The notes under the pieces: generated by a model
Seen by the model: only the letters and a program-made list of their open reading frames with translations
What the model was told of the DNA's origin: nothing
Databases searched by the model: none
Part shown: piece by piece, positions 38,808 through 42,230 of the stretch
How positions within the stretch are numbered: the first letter of the stretch is position 1
How the letters are laid out: the number at the start of each line of letters is the position of its first letter
Made by a program: the position numbers and the translations under genes
Assembly (NCBI GenBank): GCA_964601385.1
Contig: CAZRNJ010000001.1
Span: 1-42,230 of the forward strand
DNA length: 42,230 bases
Reading direction: 5' to 3'
Source: an uncultured Bacteroidales bacterium
Lineage (GTDB): Bacteria > Bacteroidota > Bacteroidia > Bacteroidales > JBBRXJ01

Positions 38808-39176
38808 ATGCAATCCTTATTTCATAAACCAACACAGGATAGTCCTGAAATTATACTGGATGCGCAAAATGGTGTGTTCCGGATTGCAGGAACGAGTTTT
38901 TCCGATAATCCGTTTGATGTATATGATCCGGTGATAACCTGGTTTAATGATTATCTTAAAACCCCAAATAAAGAAACGGTTCTTGAGTTGAAGATGAATT
39001 ATGTAAATACCGCTTCATCCAAACAGATATCGGATATTGTTGCATTACTGGTGCGGCATAAAGATAAAAATATTAAAGTCCGCTGGTTTTACGATAAGCA
39101 GGATGAGGATATGCAGTATGAAGGCGAAACATTAAGTATGACCCATGAAATAGATTTTGAATTAATACCGTATTAA
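38808..39176 (+). CDS. DUF1987 / SiaC-like protein (paralog A)
   Basis: 122 aa. ...SPEIILDAQNGVFRIAGTSFSDNPFDVYDPVITWFNDYL...LELKMNYVNTASSKQI...VRWFYDKQDEDM..EGE matches the SiaC pattern (G.S.PEN...F.PV..W...Y...L...YLNTSS.K...V.W.Y...DED). Confidence 0.75.
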   Translation: MQSLFHKPTQDSPEIILDAQNGVFRIAGTSFSDNPFDVYDPVITWFNDYLKTPNKETVLELKMNYVNTASSKQISDIVALLVRHKDKNIKVRWFYDKQDEDMQYEGETLSMTHEIDFELIPY

Positions 39177-39195
39177 CCTAATTAAATAGAAAGCT

Positions 39196-39567
39196 ATGAA
39201 CCCTTTGTCAATAAAAGGAACTGAAGATATGCCAGAAGTGATAATGGATAAAGAGAATGGCATTTTTAAAGTGTCCGGGAACAGTTTTTCTGACGATCCG
39301 ATATCAACATTCAAGCCCATTTTTGATTGGGTAGATGAATATATCAAAGCGCCAAATTCTGAGACCGATCTCGAGATTAAGATGAATTATATGAATACTG
39401 CATCATCAAAACAGATTACTGAATTGCTCATGCGGTTTAAAAAAGCTGAGGCAGCCAGTAATGTCCTTGTTAAATGGCATTATGATAAAATGGATGATGA
39501 TATGAAGTTTGATGGTGAGACGTTGAAAGCAGTTGTACAAATGAATTTTGACCTCCTTGAGTATTAA
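39196..39567 (+). CDS. DUF1987 / SiaC-like protein (paralog B)
   Basis: 123 aa, roughly 50% identical to paralog A by eye. It has the same MNYMNTASSKQI loop and VKWHYDKMDDDM. Confidence 0.75.
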   Translation: MNPLSIKGTEDMPEVIMDKENGIFKVSGNSFSDDPISTFKPIFDWVDEYIKAPNSETDLEIKMNYMNTASSKQITELLMRFKKAEAASNVLVKWHYDKMDDDMKFDGETLKAVVQMNFDLLEY

Positions 39568-41197
39568 TCAATCTATTCATAGCGGTTTTTCTTTTTATAC
39601 CATCCCCAAATGGTTGGTTGCTTTATTTTTTGTTTGCCTTGCTCTCCCCTCCAATGCTCAGTTTTTCTTTGGTAACGAAACACTGATATCTCTTAAGTTG
39701 AGCAAAATCATAACACTGATTGACCGCTATTATGTCGACACGGTAAATGAGAACAAATTGGCTGAAAAAGCCATTGTCAGCATGCTTAAGGAACTTGATC
39801 CGCATTCACAATATATTCCTAAGGAAGAAGTTAAAGAGATGAATGAACCCCTCGAAGGTAATTTCGAAGGGATTGGCGTAACATTTAATTTACTTGATGA
39901 TACAATTTTTGTTATTTCTCCCATTGCTGGCGGACCATCCGAAAAAGTAGGAATTTTGGCCGGTGACCGTATTGTTTTGATTGAGGGACAGAATGTAGCG
40001 GGTATTGGGATGACATCCAAACAGGTGCGTGACCGATTGCTTGGGCCCAAGGGAACCCGGGTAAAAGTGGGCGTCAAACGACGCGGTGTTAACGAGATTC
40101 TTGATTTTGTTATTGTCCGTGATAAGATTCCTATTTATAGTTTGGATGCGGTTTATATGGTAGATGATAGTATTGGTTATATTAAGTTCAACCGTTTTGC
40201 TAAAACTACTCAGGATGAGTTTAATCTGGCGTTGGATAGCTTAAACCGGCTTGGATGTAAAGATCTTATTCTTGATCTTAGCGGTAATGGCGGCGGATAT
40301 CTTGAAATAGCCGTGCGGCTAACAGATAATTTTTTGCGAAAAGGCGAAGTGATTGTATATACCGAAGGAGTGAATTCACCCCGTTATGATTATAATGCAA
40401 CCAGTGATGGTCTGTTTGAGAAAGGCCGGTTGATTGTAATCATTGATGAGGGTTCTGCATCGGCCAGCGAGATTCTGGCCGGCGCTATTCAGGATTGGGA
40501 CCGCGGTTTGGTTGTTGGCCGAAGGTCATTTGGCAAAGGCCTTGTGCAGCGTGCATTCGAAATGCCCGATAGTTCACTTGTACGGCTTACTATTGCGCGC
40601 TACTATACGCCATCCGGTCGTTGCATACAGAAACCGTATGCTGAAGGATATGATGAATACGAGAAAGATATTTCGACACGCTATGCTAAGGGTGAGTTTT
40701 TAAATGAAGACAGTATTCATTTATCCGATTCACTCCGATTTTTTACTCTTCGTTCAAAACGCAAGGTTTATGGAGGGGGTGGAATTATGCCCGATTATTT
40801 TATTCCTTATGATACATCGGGAAACAGCAAGTATTTCAGAGAATTGTTGGCTAAAGGAATTTTGCACCGGTTTGTACTGAATTATGTTGACGATAATCGT
40901 AAACAGCTTAGAAAATTGTATCCGGTATTCAGTTTGTTTGACACCGGATTTGTTATAACAACAGAGTTCAGGGATAAACTTATTAAATATGCCGAAAACA
41001 ATGACCTCCCATTTAATGAAAAGGATTATGCTGTTTCAGGGAAGGAGATTGAATTGCTGATTAAGGCCTATATTGCCAGGGATATATGGACAACCAGCGA
41101 ATTTTATAAAGTGCTGAATACCTCTAATAATTCGATATCTAAAGCTATTGCAATAATGCGCGATACAGAAACGTATTATCGTAAACTCAGCAATTGA
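39548..41197 (+). CDS. S41 family C-terminal processing peptidase (paralog 2)
   Basis: 549 aa with a signal peptide ...KWLVALFFVCLALPSNAQ. It has a PDZ region, DLSGNGGGY, GSASASEI, and SFGKGLVQ. By eye it is roughly half identical to paralog 1. There is no in-frame ATG near the N-terminus. The track start is a TTG 20 nt inside the preceding gene, so the start is uncertain. Confidence 0.85.
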   Translation: MTSLSINQSIHSGFSFYTIPKWLVALFFVCLALPSNAQFFFGNETLISLKLSKIITLIDRYYVDTVNENKLAEKAIVSMLKELDPHSQYIPKEEVKEMNEPLEGNFEGIGVTFNLLDDTIFVISPIAGGPSEKVGILAGDRIVLIEGQNVAGIGMTSKQVRDRLLGPKGTRVKVGVKRRGVNEILDFVIVRDKIPIYSLDAVYMVDDSIGYIKFNRFAKTTQDEFNLALDSLNRLGCKDLILDLSGNGGGYLEIAVRLTDNFLRKGEVIVYTEGVNSPRYDYNATSDGLFEKGRLIVIIDEGSASASEILAGAIQDWDRGLVVGRRSFGKGLVQRAFEMPDSSLVRLTIARYYTPSGRCIQKPYAEGYDEYEKDISTRYAKGEFLNEDSIHLSDSLRFFTLRSKRKVYGGGGIMPDYFIPYDTSGNSKYFRELLAKGILHRFVLNYVDDNRKQLRKLYPVFSLFDTGFVITTEFRDKLIKYAENNDLPFNEKDYAVSGKEIELLIKAYIARDIWTTSEFYKVLNTSNNSISKAIAIMRDTETYYRKLSN

Positions 41198-41200
41198 GAT

Positions 41201-41455
41201 TTACTGTAGCTTATTGATTTTTTTTGCCAATTTTGATTTCAGATTGGCTGCTTTATTTTTATGTACCAGTTTTTTCTTCGCCAGACGGTCAATTAATGAG
41301 GCCACTTCAGGCAATGCCTCTGATGACTCTTTTTTCGACGACGATTTACGGATTTTCTTAATAGCAGTTCGGGCTGTTTTTTCAAAATATTTGTTGCTGG
41401 CCCGTTTGGTTTTGTTTTGTCTGTTGCGCTTTTCGGCTGATTTATGATTTGCCAT
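41201..41455 (-). CDS. rpsT: 30S ribosomal protein S20
   Basis: 84 aa. MANHKSAEKRNRQNKTKRASNK... is the canonical S20 N-terminus. Confidence 0.93.
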   Translation of the reverse strand: MANHKSAEKRNRQNKTKRASNKYFEKTARTAIKKIRKSSSKKESSEALPEVASLIDRLAKKKLVHKNKAANLKSKLAKKINKLQ

Positions 41456-41502
41456 AATAATTAATTTTCGGTTTATTGGATTGCAAAAATAATAATTTTC
41501 AG

Positions 41503-42153
41503 TTAATTAGATGATATAGTTTCTTTGTTTTCCCTGAAATAGCTGCGCTGGAAAAGCAGCAGTATGGCTACGCCAGTGGTAATAGCCGAATCGGCAATAT
41601 TAAATACAGGCCTGAAAAATTCGAAATATTTACCACCAATTAATGGTATCCATTCGGGGTAGAATCCTTTTATAATCGGGAAATACAACATATCAACAAC
41701 GCGTCCGTGCAAAAAGCCGGCATAACCGCCGCCATCGGGTAAAAATGTAGCTACCTGATTAGAGCTTTCAGAAAAAAGAAGTCCATAAAAACTGCTGTCA
41801 ATGATATTGCCCATAGCTCCGGCAAATATTAACGAGATACAGATAATCAGTCCTAAACTTTTTTTCTCTCCTTCTTCTTTGATTAGCTTTATCAGAAACC
41901 AGAGAATGGCGGTTACTGCAACTATCCGGAATAAACTGAGGAGTATTTTCCCGGTTGATCCGCCAAATTCAAGCCCAAAGGCCATGCCATTGTTTTCGGT
42001 GAAATGAAGAATAAACCAATTTCCCAGGACATGAATTTCTTCGCCATAAATCAAATGGGTTTTTATCCATATTTTAAGGAATTGATCAAAAAACAAAACC
42101 AAAAAAATTATCATTCCGGCCAGAAAGCCGTGGGAAAACCGAATTCTTTTCAT
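41503..42153 (-). CDS. lspA: Lipoprotein signal peptidase (signal peptidase II)
   Basis: 216 aa with four TM segments. It has the conserved NNGMAFG and FNIADSAITTGV motifs. Confidence 0.9.
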   Translation of the reverse strand: MKRIRFSHGFLAGMIIFLVLFFDQFLKIWIKTHLIYGEEIHVLGNWFILHFTENNGMAFGLEFGGSTGKILLSLFRIVAVTAILWFLIKLIKEEGEKKSLGLIICISLIFAGAMGNIIDSSFYGLLFSESSNQVATFLPDGGGYAGFLHGRVVDMLYFPIIKGFYPEWIPLIGGKYFEFFRPVFNIADSAITTGVAILLLFQRSYFRENKETISSN

Positions 42154-42230
42154 GCGTTACTGCCGGTACTCTGCTTTTTTTTAGCTTCAATGCTTAATGT
42201 TGCGTGGGGTACGGCCATTAGTCGTTCTTT
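42150..42230 (-). CDS. C-terminal fragment of a TraR/DksA-type zinc-finger protein (partial at the window edge)
   Basis: My translation is KERLMAVPHATLSIEAKKKQSTGSNA*. Its stop overlaps the lspA ATG (ATGA). The ...ERL.AVPHATL.IEAK tail and position upstream of lspA fit the Bacteroidota DksA/TraR-like gene. The fragment is very short. Confidence 0.45.
   Translation of the reverse strand, partial: KERLMAVPHATLSIEAKKKQSTGSNA

Overview
This 42.2-kb window looks like a chromosomal segment from an anaerobic member of the Bacteroidota. The taxon call rests on many T9SS C-terminal sorting domains, TAnnTTTG-type -7 promoter boxes, near-absence of Shine-Dalgarno sequences, and the DUF4271/hemD-like/rnpA/yidD arrangement. 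No CRISPR array, transposase or integrase was seen.

Most of the window is housekeeping:
- dtd and an M16 peptidase pair
- rnpA-yidD, guaA, rnz, rpsA, rpsT and lspA
- tRNA-Ala(GGC) and tRNA-Leu(CAA)
- a nucleotide-sugar cluster: ugd, UDP-xylose synthase, rfbACD and a phospho-sugar mutase

Four modules are accessory or regulatory:
1. An oxidative-stress cluster on the minus strand: PerR-like Fur regulator, ferritin, desulfoferrodoxin, rubrerythrin, rubredoxin and flavodiiron protein. The rubredoxin (53 aa) is missing from the ORF track. The rubrerythrin is interrupted by one in-frame TAA at a diiron-ligand Glu codon. A 7-1-7 palindromic operator candidate occurs twice in the divergent promoter region.
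2. An Rrf2 regulator followed by a 4Fe-4S protein and a cupin. A shared 26-nt imperfect inverted repeat sits just upstream of both start codons.
3. A cobalamin riboswitch controlling a btuB-type TonB receptor operon. Two of its accessory proteins carry T9SS sorting domains, and one of those is uncharacterised.
4. The most unusual locus. A 337-aa protein keeps every nucleoside-diphosphate-kinase catalytic residue and is followed by two tandem SiaC-like (DUF1987) paralogs. All three are nested between two paralogous S41 peptidases, and no SiaA/SiaB-type partner is in the window.

All calls come from reading the sequence and the supplied translations. No searches were run.
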